NCBI GenBank assembly: GCA_964397195.1
Contig: CAYNGY010000002.1
Location: 116,012 to 180,011, forward strand
Source of the DNA: an uncultured Gammaproteobacteria bacterium
GTDB taxonomy: Bacteria; Patescibacteriota; Patescibacteriia; SBBC01; CAIJZX01
Direction: 5' to 3'
Length of the DNA stretch: 64,000 nucleotides
The notes under the pieces were generated by a model that made no database searches, was not told where the DNA came from, and saw only the letters and a list, made by a program, of their open reading frames with translations. This document shows positions 25,955-35,184 of the stretch, piece after piece. Position numbers and translations under genes: made by a program. Each line of letters opens with the position of its first letter. Positions within the stretch are counted from its first letter, which is position 1.

Positions 25955-27424
25955 ATGACCGCATTCCATCATCGCCTGCGACATCATCTCCGATACGCAC
26001 GTCATCGGGTGATCCATCATGCGCGGAATGCCTTCATTCCGCATGAAGGAAACCAGTTCCATCCGCATGCGTTGCGCCGCAGGTCGTTGCATATTGTCGG
26101 TGGGACGCTGATTGCCGCTAAGGTGCTGACGGTCGTATTTGTTTCGCTTTATGCTGGTGAAGCTCGGCTGACGACGATTTCACCTTCGACCATTGTGACC
26201 CAAACAAACATGGCTCGATCAGCCCGTGGTGTCGCCGCCCTCAAGACGAACACAGCGTTGACGAAGGCGGCGCAGGCCAAGGCCAATGATATGGTGGCGA
26301 ACGGTTACTTTGCCCATATTAGCCCAAAAAAAGTAACGCCGTGGTATTGGTTTAAAAAAGCCGGCTATTCGTATACGTATGCCGGCGAAAATCTTGCTAT
26401 TGATTATGCCTCGAGTGAGGATGTGATTAGCGCGTGGCTAGATTCTCCGACGCATCGGGCGAATCTCCTCGGAACGCGGTATAAAGAAATTGGTGTGGCC
26501 ACGGCCACGGGCGTGATTAACGGTGTTGAGTCACAAGTGGTGGTGCAGATGTTCGGCGCTCCGGTCGCAACGAAACCGAAGGTGACGACGCCGAAACCGA
26601 CGCAAACCCCCGACCCTGTCGTTACGAAAAAAGCCATCGTCAAAAAGCCGCTGGTCTTAGGAACGGAAACGAAAATTAATCTCACCGCACCGTCGGTGCT
26701 TTCGCCGGAAATGGGTACGCTGGTGCGGACGGCGCATCCAATTATTGTCGGTACAACAACCCCGCAAGCGACGGTCATCATGATGTCTGGAGATACCACC
26801 ATCGCGACCGGCGTGGCCGAGACGAATGGTGCATTTTCGATTGAACCGGTCGCGGCCTTATCCGACGGCGCTCACCAGTTCAGCATCCGTGCCCAAGCGC
26901 AGGGTGTGACGAGTACGTCGCGGACGATATCGTTTTCGGTTGATACCGTCGCTCCGGAGTATATCAACGAATCGTCGTTTGCAATCCCGGTGATTGGTCG
27001 AACGAATACGTACCTCGTCTCCGTACGTTCCGATGCCACGAGCTTGGTGGCCGTGACTGGTGCGGTTGTGACGCCGTTCCAGCCGTTGGCCGGCCACCAT
27101 GTCGGGCTCGTGACTGTCGGGGACCGCGGAGTCATGGCCGGTGTTATCCGCCTGCGTCTGACTGATGCGGCCGGAAACGATACGTACGCGGCGGTTGTGA
27201 ATACAGAACGATTTACGGATGCGGCCGTGAGCGCTCATATTGGGCCGGGGACTCGGGCTTTGACGACCATCTTCTTCTCGCGGGTTTTCTTGATGATGTT
27301 CTTCGCGTTTTTCTTGGTCGTCGCGCTCGTGAATGTGTCGATGAATTGGCACCGACGCCATCATCCGGCCTTGTTGGGGATCCTGCTCGTCCTCTATACG
27401 GCCGGAACACTGCTGATTCTCTAG
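25955..27424 (+). CDS. CAP/SCP/PR-1-like domain protein with an Ig-like middle domain and C-terminal TM helices
   Basis: The track start at 25934 is GTG; the ATG is at 25955. The CAP signature region reads ANGYFAHISP...GENLAIDYASSEDVISAWLDSPTHRANLLGTRYKEIGVA. There is a His-rich N-terminus and two C-terminal TM helices. Confidence 0.7.
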   Translation: MTAFHHRLRHHLRYARHRVIHHARNAFIPHEGNQFHPHALRRRSLHIVGGTLIAAKVLTVVFVSLYAGEARLTTISPSTIVTQTNMARSARGVAALKTNTALTKAAQAKANDMVANGYFAHISPKKVTPWYWFKKAGYSYTYAGENLAIDYASSEDVISAWLDSPTHRANLLGTRYKEIGVATATGVINGVESQVVVQMFGAPVATKPKVTTPKPTQTPDPVVTKKAIVKKPLVLGTETKINLTAPSVLSPEMGTLVRTAHPIIVGTTTPQATVIMMSGDTTIATGVAETNGAFSIEPVAALSDGAHQFSIRAQAQGVTSTSRTISFSVDTVAPEYINESSFAIPVIGRTNTYLVSVRSDATSLVAVTGAVVTPFQPLAGHHVGLVTVGDRGVMAGVIRLRLTDAAGNDTYAAVVNTERFTDAAVSAHIGPGTRALTTIFFSRVFLMMFFAFFLVVALVNVSMNWHRRHHPALLGILLVLYTAGTLLIL

Positions 27425-27471
27425 TCTTGTCGCTGATTTCAAGGTCTGCTACACTGTGTCGTAGATAGACT

Positions 27472-27849
27472 ATGAAATACTTTTTAGGCACACTTGAATC
27501 CGCGATCATGGATGTCGTCTGGACCCGTGGTGCTTCGACGGTTCGAGATGTCATGAAGGCGCTGCAACCACAGCGTCGTTTAGCGTATACGACTATCATG
27601 ACCGTGATGAATCGTCTCCAAGGTGACGGGTGCCTCCGACGCTCGGCCGGCCCGGCGAATGCATTTCGCTATACTGCGACTGAAGGCCGGGAGGTGTTTG
27701 CCGCTCGATGTACGCGGGAGAATATTAATGCGCTGGTCGCTCGGTATGGTGATGCGGCGCTGGTGCAGTTTATGGCCAAGCTGGAACGAATTCCGCCGGA
27801 AAAGATTCAGAAGCTCAAGCGCTTAGCCAATCGACCTCGTCATGACTAA
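27472..27849 (+). CDS. BlaI/MecI/CopY-family transcriptional repressor
   Basis: Winged helix ESAIMDVVWTRGASTVRDVMKAL...YTTIMTVMNRLQGDG. Confidence 0.8.
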   Translation: MKYFLGTLESAIMDVVWTRGASTVRDVMKALQPQRRLAYTTIMTVMNRLQGDGCLRRSAGPANAFRYTATEGREVFAARCTRENINALVARYGDAALVQFMAKLERIPPEKIQKLKRLANRPRHD

Positions 27850-28768
27850 TCGATCGTGGCTGCCAACAGTAGCGGTTGTGGGGACCGTGGTCGCCAGCAT
27901 GGTGGTGCTGGTTGTGGCTGGAGTGCGGGCGTGGCAGTCCGCAAATGACCCACTAGTCGCGGAGTGTGGATGTGGAGCGTTGCTGGTGACGCCAGGGACC
28001 CACGATTTTTGGCCGGCGGCACTTCTTCTGGCCGTGGCGGCGATTATGATCGGACGATTTCTCTGGTCGCTCGGGCGAAGTGTACGGATGGATCGGCGGA
28101 TGCAACGCCGCTTTTCTGAGTTGAGAACGGCGCAGGAAACGTCACGTGGTGGTCAGGCATATACCATCGTCGAAAGTTCCGAGGTGTTTGCCGTTACCGC
28201 CGGTGTGTTTCATCCGCACGTCTACCTCAGTCGTGGTTTTGCCGAGCGCTTGGATCCGGAAGAGTCATTGATGGTTGTCGGTCATGAACTCGCGCACGCC
28301 CGGGCGTATCATCCGGCCTGGTGGATGTTGGCTCGTGCGGCGCATGCGGCCATTGCGCTTTGGCCGGGGAGTCGAAGTCTCTTGGAGTATATTCGAGCCC
28401 GACAAGAGCTCGAAGCTGATCACCAGGCAACAAATGGGTATCAACAGACCGATGTGGCGGCGCGGGTGATGTTAAAGTTAGCAACCGTTGAAGTCTCGGC
28501 CGGATCGGCTTGGTCGATGATGGAAGCGCGAGTCGACCGTCTGCTTGACCCGCACCAACCGCTTTTTTGGCCACGGTCGATGCGTTGGGCGTGGGGCGGG
28601 GTGGTGGCAATGGTGATGGTCGCGATTGGTGTTGGGGCGGCCGCTGTCTCAGCTTCCGCACCGGCAACGCCAGATTCAGCCCAGTGTGTCGATCGTCGGC
28701 GGCTTTGCGCGCCGTCGCCAGTACGTCCGCCGATGACAACTTTGCGCTCAACCTATGGCTCGCGGTAA
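27842..28768 (+). CDS. BlaR1-like M56/M48 zinc metalloprotease sensor/anti-repressor
   Basis: N-terminal TM helices and HEXXH in VVGHELAHARAYH. It overlaps the blaI-like gene by 8 nt. Confidence 0.7.
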   Translation: MTNRSWLPTVAVVGTVVASMVVLVVAGVRAWQSANDPLVAECGCGALLVTPGTHDFWPAALLLAVAAIMIGRFLWSLGRSVRMDRRMQRRFSELRTAQETSRGGQAYTIVESSEVFAVTAGVFHPHVYLSRGFAERLDPEESLMVVGHELAHARAYHPAWWMLARAAHAAIALWPGSRSLLEYIRARQELEADHQATNGYQQTDVAARVMLKLATVEVSAGSAWSMMEARVDRLLDPHQPLFWPRSMRWAWGGVVAMVMVAIGVGAAAVSASAPATPDSAQCVDRRRLCAPSPVRPPMTTLRSTYGSR

Positions 28769-29384
28769 GTGGCAGTGGTGGCTCCTCGGCGGAGTAGCGG
28801 TCGTCGTGGTTGGGACCGTGACAATGGTTTTTTTCGTCTGGCAGTGGGCGCAAGACACAACCACGACACCCGTGAACCCGGCTCATCAGCAGTACGCCGA
28901 TGCCTATCTGGCGACGTGGCGCTCGGATGACGCGGTTGGGGAGGCGACGATGACGGCAACGTTGTTAACACCACAGATGCGAACGTGGCTGGCGGCGGAT
29001 GATCAGCCATCGACCACGGACGGACAGATTTTAAGCAAGTTGATTGACATTCCCACCGCGGACGTGGCCACGGTCCTGACGCTCGACGCACTGCAAAGCT
29101 CGTCGGCGGCTCGGGTGTCGGATGCAATGGTTCAGGCGGCGATTACGATGCACGCCGTTGCCGGTGGATATACACTCGGATCATTCTCGCCGTTAACGCC
29201 GCCGCAAGTGACGACCAACACCAATACGGCACCGACCACGCGTCGGATGTGGCTGGTGACATGGCACCCGACCGCGTCGACCGCCTGGGAGCTCGTTCGT
29301 GACCTCCAGCTGACGGTTGCGAATATCGGTGGTCAGGAACAGCGGGTCTTTACCTGGGCGAACCCGGGACTCCTTGGTACCTAA
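28755..29384 (+). CDS. hypothetical membrane-anchored protein
   Basis: Single N-terminal TM helix, no recognisable domain. It overlaps the upstream gene. Confidence 0.4.
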   Translation: MARGKWQWWLLGGVAVVVVGTVTMVFFVWQWAQDTTTTPVNPAHQQYADAYLATWRSDDAVGEATMTATLLTPQMRTWLAADDQPSTTDGQILSKLIDIPTADVATVLTLDALQSSSAARVSDAMVQAAITMHAVAGGYTLGSFSPLTPPQVTTNTNTAPTTRRMWLVTWHPTASTAWELVRDLQLTVANIGGQEQRVFTWANPGLLGT

Positions 29385-29911
29385 CGCTTGGTGAAGTAGA
29401 GGAAGATCAGCGTCGTGACCACTTGCAGGGCGAGACCGTATCGGAACGGTATATCGCGGCGGACGACTGATGGTCGGACAACTTCGTGTATCCAATATTG
29501 GATGCGGTAGATATAGCGGAGTCCGGTTGGCTTGGTCAGGCGATAGATCCAGCGTACCAGCCAGAGCCAGGACATGCGCTCGTGGATGACCGGGAAGAGC
29601 AAGCTGAGAAAATCTGGGAGAATAGAACCGAGTATGGCCAGCAGCACGAGGCCAGTTTGCGGCACGGGTGTTTGTTGGTAGGTGAAGAGCGTCAGGCCGG
29701 TTAGGACGCCCAAATCAATCAGGCCGTAGTAGAGTACCCGTCGGTATTTTTTCTGGACCCGCCACTCGTCATCATGGTAGATCTTATCATCGCCATGCGG
29801 GATGAAATCGAGCACAAAATGCGAAGCAAATGACGCGGTGAATACGGCCCATGGATTTGATATGGTGCTGGCGATATAGATGCCGGCGGCCGCGTGGACG
29901 GTTAAAAACAT
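29381..29911 (-). CDS. polytopic membrane protein, possibly a DUF457-like metal-dependent hydrolase
   Basis: Multiple TM helices with conserved His/Asp (HFVLDFIPHGDD). The assignment is weak. Confidence 0.35.
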   Translation of the reverse strand: MFLTVHAAAGIYIASTISNPWAVFTASFASHFVLDFIPHGDDKIYHDDEWRVQKKYRRVLYYGLIDLGVLTGLTLFTYQQTPVPQTGLVLLAILGSILPDFLSLLFPVIHERMSWLWLVRWIYRLTKPTGLRYIYRIQYWIHEVVRPSVVRRDIPFRYGLALQVVTTLIFLYFTKR

Positions 29912-29962
29912 AGCGGGCGTAGCCTACGATATTCCCCGGAAAACGGCAAGTGCCCGGCTGGC

Positions 29963-31432
29963 TTATTGGTCTCGTGGCGTATGTCGAAAAACCCAGTATT
30001 GCTCGCGATGATAGAGCAAGGTCCAGTTTGGGTCCTGTCGCAGTTCTTCAACGCGGGCGGCTATCTGCTCATTCGCTACAAACTCATAGAGTCCGCCGGT
30101 TAAGATGATCGCCACGTCGGCGTCGTTCACGGCATTCGGGAATCCCCAAATATATTCGCGTTGGGAAAATTGCGGTACGACATTGTTGGTAGCCACAATT
30201 CGATCAGATACTTTCAGGAGCGGTTTCGTTTTTGCCACGTCGGCTCGATAGGGCGAGGTGATGAACGGACGAATCGCATCGCCGTGGAATCGGGAACCGG
30301 GAATCGGACTCCACGCATAGAGCGAAATGAGTACGGCCGCGATCACACCGCCGATAGCATATCGTTCGAGTCGCTCATGAGGCCATGTTGGGCGGTACCG
30401 GCGAATCCAAATGCGGGCGCGACGCCAACCGTCGATGGTGGCGAGGAGCACAAACGGTGTAATAACGCTGTAGTATTGAAAAAAGATAGCGTACTGGTTG
30501 ACGTTATTACTGAGCAGGTTAATCAGTAGTTCCGGCAGGGCGAGGATCAGGATCGGGAGTCCGAAGACTGCGATCCCGCCGACGGGAATGAGTAGAAATT
30601 TAAAGGCCCAATGACGTTGTTCGCTGAAGAGATCACTGATGACGCGCCACGGATGGGTGATAACCGTTTTGATCACCTCTTCGTATGAGTTTCCGTAGGC
30701 TTGGTAGTACTCAAGCGCGAAGTGCTCCGATGATCCCCGGGCGCTCGGGATGGCCCAGCCGAGCATCAGCGCGGTCCAAGCTAAACCGATGACGATACTG
30801 CCGATGGCTACCCAGCGGTGACTGCGGCGCCAGACCCAGTAGAGACCAATCGCGGCGATGGCAATCCCGACTTCTTCCTTGGATAGCATGGTCGCAAACG
30901 CGAGTACCCCATATAGCCACCAGCGCTTTTCGCTCATCGCCCACCAGGCCCAGAGGATGAGCGGTGTGGCCAGGACCACGGCGTGGACATCAAACATGGT
31001 CGCCCAATGCAGTGTCGGGAAGAGGAGATAGAGGGCGGCAATGAACACGGCCACGCGATCATCGAGGAGTTTTCGTCCAATCCAAAAGAGGGGAATCGCG
31101 CCGCTGACAACGGCGAGGACCTGAAGGACTAACATCGTCCGTGGATCCGGCCAGAGCGCGTAGAATGGTAGGTAGCTCAGGAGGAGATAGTCGGCATGGA
31201 TGGCGGTGCGCAGGATGTGCGTTGGGGCGCCGGGGTCGGTCAGTTGAAAGAAATTGCCGTGTAGTGAGTTCCAGAGCACCTGGTCCATGTTGCCCATGTC
31301 GAACTGGGCGGTGACCAGGTTTGTTTGGCGGAGCCAGTTGCTTGTCCCAAACCACGCCACAAACACGCCTATGATGATCATCAGGTAGACGGATGGTCGA
31401 CGTGAACGCAGATACTGCAAAAACGGCTTCAT
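29963..31432 (-). CDS. DUF2079-family integral membrane protein (GT-C-like)
   Basis: 489 aa, about 11 TM helices. The N-terminal FDMGNMDQVLWNSLHGNFF motif is typical of DUF2079. Confidence 0.55.
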   Translation of the reverse strand: MKPFLQYLRSRRPSVYLMIIIGVFVAWFGTSNWLRQTNLVTAQFDMGNMDQVLWNSLHGNFFQLTDPGAPTHILRTAIHADYLLLSYLPFYALWPDPRTMLVLQVLAVVSGAIPLFWIGRKLLDDRVAVFIAALYLLFPTLHWATMFDVHAVVLATPLILWAWWAMSEKRWWLYGVLAFATMLSKEEVGIAIAAIGLYWVWRRSHRWVAIGSIVIGLAWTALMLGWAIPSARGSSEHFALEYYQAYGNSYEEVIKTVITHPWRVISDLFSEQRHWAFKFLLIPVGGIAVFGLPILILALPELLINLLSNNVNQYAIFFQYYSVITPFVLLATIDGWRRARIWIRRYRPTWPHERLERYAIGGVIAAVLISLYAWSPIPGSRFHGDAIRPFITSPYRADVAKTKPLLKVSDRIVATNNVVPQFSQREYIWGFPNAVNDADVAIILTGGLYEFVANEQIAARVEELRQDPNWTLLYHREQYWVFRHTPRDQ

Positions 31433-31552
31433 AGGGGCATTGTACCATATTTTTTCGGAGGTCGGGAGTCTCTTTTTATCTTATGTTAGCCAAACTTTAT
31501 AGTATGACAAACGAAACTGAAAAAACGCTGAAGGCTAGGGCGGGAGGAAGTT

Positions 31553-31918
31553 TTACGAATCGCGCAAGATTTTTTCCATCTTCCGCCCGGTCGCTAATTC
31601 GTCTACCAGCTTATCCAAATACCGGACTTTTTTCGTGAGCGGGTTCTTAAGATCTTCAATCCGATATCCACAAATCACGCCGGTGATGCGGTTTGCTTTT
31701 GTGTTGAGCGTCGCCTCGTGGAAGAACGTTTCGAATGTGACGTTTCTCTTGATCAGTTCCCGTAGCTTTTTTGTATCAAAACCCGTTAGCCAAGTGATGA
31801 CTTGGTGGAGTTCTTTTTTCGTTCGGCCTTTCCGTTCTACTTTTGCGAGATATAACGGGTAGACCGTGGCGAAGGTCATCTGCGCCATTCGTTGATGGTG
31901 TGTTTGGTTGGGGGTCAT
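31553..31918 (-). CDS. DUF2200-domain protein
   Basis: 121 aa reading MTFATVYPLYLAKVERKGRTKKELHQVITWLTGFD. Its start lies only about 15 nt from attC-like repeat A. Confidence 0.55.
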   Translation of the reverse strand: MTPNQTHHQRMAQMTFATVYPLYLAKVERKGRTKKELHQVITWLTGFDTKKLRELIKRNVTFETFFHEATLNTKANRITGVICGYRIEDLKNPLTKKVRYLDKLVDELATGRKMEKILRDS

Positions 31919-31933
31919 GGTGATGGGAATTTC

Positions 31934-32010
31934 GGCTAACGTTTGCGGCTCATGCGCGGCGGACCCTGAGCGAAGTCGAAGAGGGAGTGGCGGATAGACG
32001 CTGTTAGGTA
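31934..32010. repeat. attC-like site A (77 bp imperfect palindrome; ends GGCTAAC...GTTAGGT)
   Basis: CTAACGTTTGCGGCTCATGCGCGGCGGACCCTGAGCGAAGTCGAAGAGGGAGTGGCGGATAGACGCTGTTAGG, with internal inverted symmetry. It lies immediately downstream of the hydrolase stop at 32022. Confidence 0.55.
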
Positions 32011-32021
32011 GCGTTGTCCGT

Positions 32022-32603
32022 CTATGACTTCAGACATTCCTCTAGCAGTTCGGGAAATTCGACAGTGCCTAAGTCACTAAGACAAAAATGTCCTTTATTG
32101 GCAAACTCTTGATAGGTCGCCTGATCAATGTTTTCTCGAATGAGATCAATTGTTTTTAGAACACTTTCATCATCATTTTTTGAGTAAAACACAGAAACAC
32201 CGCCGGTTCGTGAAACGAGATCTCGATCTATTGAAAAGTTAAAGAAATCCGCTGTGTCAGAGTGAGGGTTATTGGAAGGGTTGGTCCAGGGTGCAACGAG
32301 AACCACCTTACCGACGCGAAGATCTTTATGTTCGCTGAGGTATCGGAGTAAAAAACCACCACCACAGCTATGACCGACTAGCATTGTTTCGGGGGTCAAT
32401 TCAAAGCGCTCCAATTCTTTCTTCCATAGAGCATAGCGCGGTTGCCATGGTGTTGGAATTTCCAGTGCGACAGTAAAAATATCCTTGAGCATCAGTTGCT
32501 TCGAAAGCCAAGGAAACCAATGATCATTGCTATTTGTTGGACGTACCGGATCGTAGTATTCTTCTCGATCAGGTCGTCCGGGAATTAGTATCGTGTTTCT
32601 CAT
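32022..32603 (-). CDS. alpha/beta hydrolase of the YdeN/RBBP9-like serine hydrolase type
   Basis: ILIPGRPD...NDHWFPWL at the N-terminus and the nucleophile motif LVGHSCGGG. The start was trimmed to the ATG at 32603. Confidence 0.6.
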   Translation of the reverse strand: MRNTILIPGRPDREEYYDPVRPTNSNDHWFPWLSKQLMLKDIFTVALEIPTPWQPRYALWKKELERFELTPETMLVGHSCGGGFLLRYLSEHKDLRVGKVVLVAPWTNPSNNPHSDTADFFNFSIDRDLVSRTGGVSVFYSKNDDESVLKTIDLIRENIDQATYQEFANKGHFCLSDLGTVEFPELLEECLKS

Positions 32604-32812
32604 AGACTTGAATAATATTGGTGGCCGGTCGATTTCACACAACGTCCGCGGATATGAGAAGTTGCTGCTTCGTTTCGGCGGTACAATTCTACCACCGCCG
32701 GGGCGAAGCAGCAATTTGCACGTAGGAAATTGGGTTGGGTTTCTTCTTGTGACATCTTGATGTTTAGACAACACCCGACAGTTTCCTGCCGGGTGCTTTG
32801 GAGCATTCTTGT

Positions 32813-33442
32813 TTATGCGCTGGTCTGAATGAGCAGGGAATCCGCCTCTTCCGGCCTCGGCTCTTCGAACCGTGGCTGCTGGATCTGCCGATAGAGATCC
32901 ACCCAGGCGGCCGGACGCCCACGCTGACGGAGCTGATCATCGGCTCGTTGTAGCCGCTCGAGCAACCTGACTTCTTGGCATTGGATCCAGACGATTTCCG
33001 TCTGGTATCCATATTGCTTGGCTAGCTTGAGCCGCTCGACTCGTTCCTTGCGCACGAGGTTGCAGGAATCATTGACGACATTCACGCCTTGTTGGAAGGC
33101 GGCGGCTAGAACAACTTGCCGTACCTTTTGCGTCAGCCACTGCCGTGGCCAGTAGGCTGGTCCAGTGACCGTCCTGTCGTCGTTGAGCCAGGGAAAAGCA
33201 GCGTTTAGTCGAACGTGAATCTGATCAGTGCTGAGTTGGAAGAATCGTGCCCTCACCGAATCGTGTTCCAGCCAGTAGTTCTTGCCTGACTTGGAATACC
33301 CGACCATCGCTACGAACTTTCGTTCTCGCGGGTACTCATCCCATGCCTTGATGAAACCGGAAACAACGGTCTTCAGCCGAGACCTATTTTCAGGGACGAG
33401 TAGCTTGATCTCCGTCAGCAAAACGGCAAAGAGCTTTCGCAT
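32813..33442 (-). CDS. P-loop kinase (AAA_33/zeta-toxin-like), cassette-borne paralog of 19014..19676
   Basis: Walker A VGYSKSGKNYW plus DSCNL, IVWIQ and RFEEP, the same motif order as the chromosomal copy. Confidence 0.6.
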   Translation of the reverse strand: MRKLFAVLLTEIKLLVPENRSRLKTVVSGFIKAWDEYPRERKFVAMVGYSKSGKNYWLEHDSVRARFFQLSTDQIHVRLNAAFPWLNDDRTVTGPAYWPRQWLTQKVRQVVLAAAFQQGVNVVNDSCNLVRKERVERLKLAKQYGYQTEIVWIQCQEVRLLERLQRADDQLRQRGRPAAWVDLYRQIQQPRFEEPRPEEADSLLIQTSA

Positions 33443-33542
33443 GTCGACCTCTTTCGTGGGTACGTATACAGCGTGCCGTGCTACTCTACACTTTTTTTTA
33501 AAAAAGTCAAGTCCCTTTGCATGAACGGCGGTGTGACTAGGG

Positions 33543-33592
33543 GTAACGAAAAACCAACCCCGATTTCCTCCGTCTCCTATCCGCTGTTAGAC
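33543..33592. repeat. degenerate attC-like remnant (GGTAACG...GCTGTTAGAC)
   Basis: A short element with TAACG at the left and CCGCTGTTAGAC at the right, directly abutting attC-like site B. This could be an empty cassette. Confidence 0.25.
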
Positions 33593-33615
33593 GATGCGGT
33601 GCGCAGCGGAGTTTC

Positions 33616-33692
33616 GACTAACGTTTGCGTCTCATCCGCGGCGGACCCTGAGCGAAGTCGAAGAGGCAGTGGCGGATAGACGCTGTTAAGTG
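33616..33692. repeat. attC-like site B (77 bp; CGACTAACGTTTGCG...GCTGTTAAGT)
   Basis: Nearly identical to repeat A over CTAACGTTTGCG.CTCAT.CGCGGCGGACCCTGAGCGAAGTCGAAGAGG.AGTGGCGGATAGACGCTGTTA. Confidence 0.55.
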
Positions 33693-33809
33693 ATGTAAAC
33701 TTCTATCTTCGTTTTTCTGTACAAATTATGTTTATTGTTTAGGAAAGTATTATTTCTGTTTCAGGAAAAGTGAGAGTGGCTGGGAGTAAATCGTTTTTGT
33801 CATTATTCC

Positions 33810-34550
33810 TTATTTGGGCTTTACTGCTTTAATCCATAATGCCATCGGAGTAGTTTGTCTATATGCTAAATCAGAATATTTCCTTGCTAGTTTTACCGAT
33901 GGTTTTGGTTCTGTTATTTCTGAAATGTAAAAACCAGCTTGCGTTAAAGAGTTTGCTAAATCGGATAATGTCCAATGGTAGTCTTGATACAGAGTTTCTT
34001 TGCCATCAAGTCGTCTTGAAACTATTTGTATAACGCTTCCGCTTGAAAAATAGTTGTACTCAACTGGTGTTCTGATATTATCAGGTTTTGAAGATGGGGC
34101 GAAGGGATGTATTTCGCTTATGATGATAATGCCAGATTTTTTGAGCAGGGCAAAAGCATCTGTCATGATTTTATTTATTTTCTTTATTGATGTAATCTCC
34201 AAAAGTACGTGTTCAAGTAGAACAAAATCAAATGAATTATTTTGTAGACCTAGTTGTTCTAATTTTGTGATATCGCCTTGAACGTATGTAGTTTTCGGAT
34301 TGCTTTTGTTGGCGAGTTCAAGTTGTTTTTTTTCTATCTCCACGCCCGTGCCGATGGCGCCACGTTTTGAAAGTAAATCAAGCCAATAACCATTGCCACT
34401 GCCAAGCTCGAGTACTTTTTTATTTTTTACATTGCCGAACATTCGAAGTAGTTCTGGCTCACCAATGTATTTTTTACCAAAGTTTGGAGTGTAAGCACTC
34501 TTGGCTTGTTTTTCAGTCCACTCGTGTTTTTTTAGATGGTTGCTTGTCAT
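33810..34550 (-). CDS. class I SAM-dependent methyltransferase (AT-rich cassette gene)
   Basis: Motif I VLELGSGNGYW. GC is well below the flanking DNA. Confidence 0.7.
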   Translation of the reverse strand: MTSNHLKKHEWTEKQAKSAYTPNFGKKYIGEPELLRMFGNVKNKKVLELGSGNGYWLDLLSKRGAIGTGVEIEKKQLELANKSNPKTTYVQGDITKLEQLGLQNNSFDFVLLEHVLLEITSIKKINKIMTDAFALLKKSGIIIISEIHPFAPSSKPDNIRTPVEYNYFSSGSVIQIVSRRLDGKETLYQDYHWTLSDLANSLTQAGFYISEITEPKPSVKLARKYSDLAYRQTTPMALWIKAVKPK

Positions 34551-34662
34551 AATATATACCTAGTTATTCCTTGCTCACCCTACATCGATTATTAAAGTAA
34601 TATTTTCCGTGGCTTTTAATATCACTGATGTTTTATATATGTACTAAGATAAAAGTTTATTT

Positions 34663-34728
34663 CACTTAACGTTTGCGTCTCATCCGCGGCGAAGCGTAGC
34701 GGAGTGGCGGATAGACGCCGTTAGGCGC
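34663..34728. repeat. attC-like site C (66 bp; ACTTAAC...GTTAGGC)
   Basis: CACTTAACGTTTGCGTCTCATCCGCGGCGAAGCGTAGCGGAGTGGCGGATAGACGCCGTTAGGCGCC. It has the conserved ends, a different shorter middle, and the classic GTTAGGC core. Confidence 0.55.
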
Positions 34729-34742
34729 CGTAATAATAGGTG

Positions 34743-35093
34743 CTATAAGGCTATAGATTCTTTTTTTGAGAATTTGGCACCTAAGCAATCCCAACCCTTT
34801 GTTACCATTTTACAACTTGTGGTGGGAAAGTCCGACTCCCTTTCCTTATTTGTCGGATAGATGATCCCAGCACACCATCCAGAGGTCTCATTAACATAGA
34901 TGATTGATGGAATACCCAGATCCTCAATAAAAAATTGATTTGTATTCAATGCTGGGGAATTTATGTTTCGCGCGACAGCGTCATTTCTATCACAAGACTT
35001 TACATTTGTTGATAGAGAGTAGGGTTTTGGGATTGTAAAAAACAACATCGTCAGGGTAAGAACTATGATAGTGACAGTAGTTGTTTTTTTCAT
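34743..35093 (-). CDS. small secreted protein (signal peptide, 4 Cys), cassette gene
   Basis: 116 aa, MKKTTTVTIIVLTLTMLFF... The start codon lies 8 nt from attC-like site D. Confidence 0.45.
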   Translation of the reverse strand: MKKTTTVTIIVLTLTMLFFTIPKPYSLSTNVKSCDRNDAVARNINSPALNTNQFFIEDLGIPSIIYVNETSGWCAGIIYPTNKERESDFPTTSCKMVTKGWDCLGAKFSKKESIAL

Positions 35094-35100
35094 ATTATGG

Positions 35101-35158
35101 CGCCTAACGTTTGCGACTATACGAAGTACTCGTTATTTCGAATAGTCGCTGTTAGGAG
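35101..35158. repeat. attC-like site D (58 bp; GCCTAAC...GTTAGGA)
   Basis: GCGCCTAACGTTTGCGACTATACGAAGTACTCGTTATTTCGAATAGTCGCTGTTAGGAGC. It has the conserved ends, a distinct internal palindrome GCGACTAT...ATAGTCGC, and the classic inverse core GCCTAAC. Confidence 0.55.
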
Positions 35159-35184
35159 CTGTCGAATATTTTTCAATGTTGGGG

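Noticed and set aside
31934-35158. Could the four conserved-end repeats be a CRISPR array?
   Set aside because: Repeat lengths differ (58-77 bp), spacing is 1-1.6 kb and contains full genes, and the repeats are imperfect palindromes with GTTRRRY cores. They are attC-like, not CRISPR.
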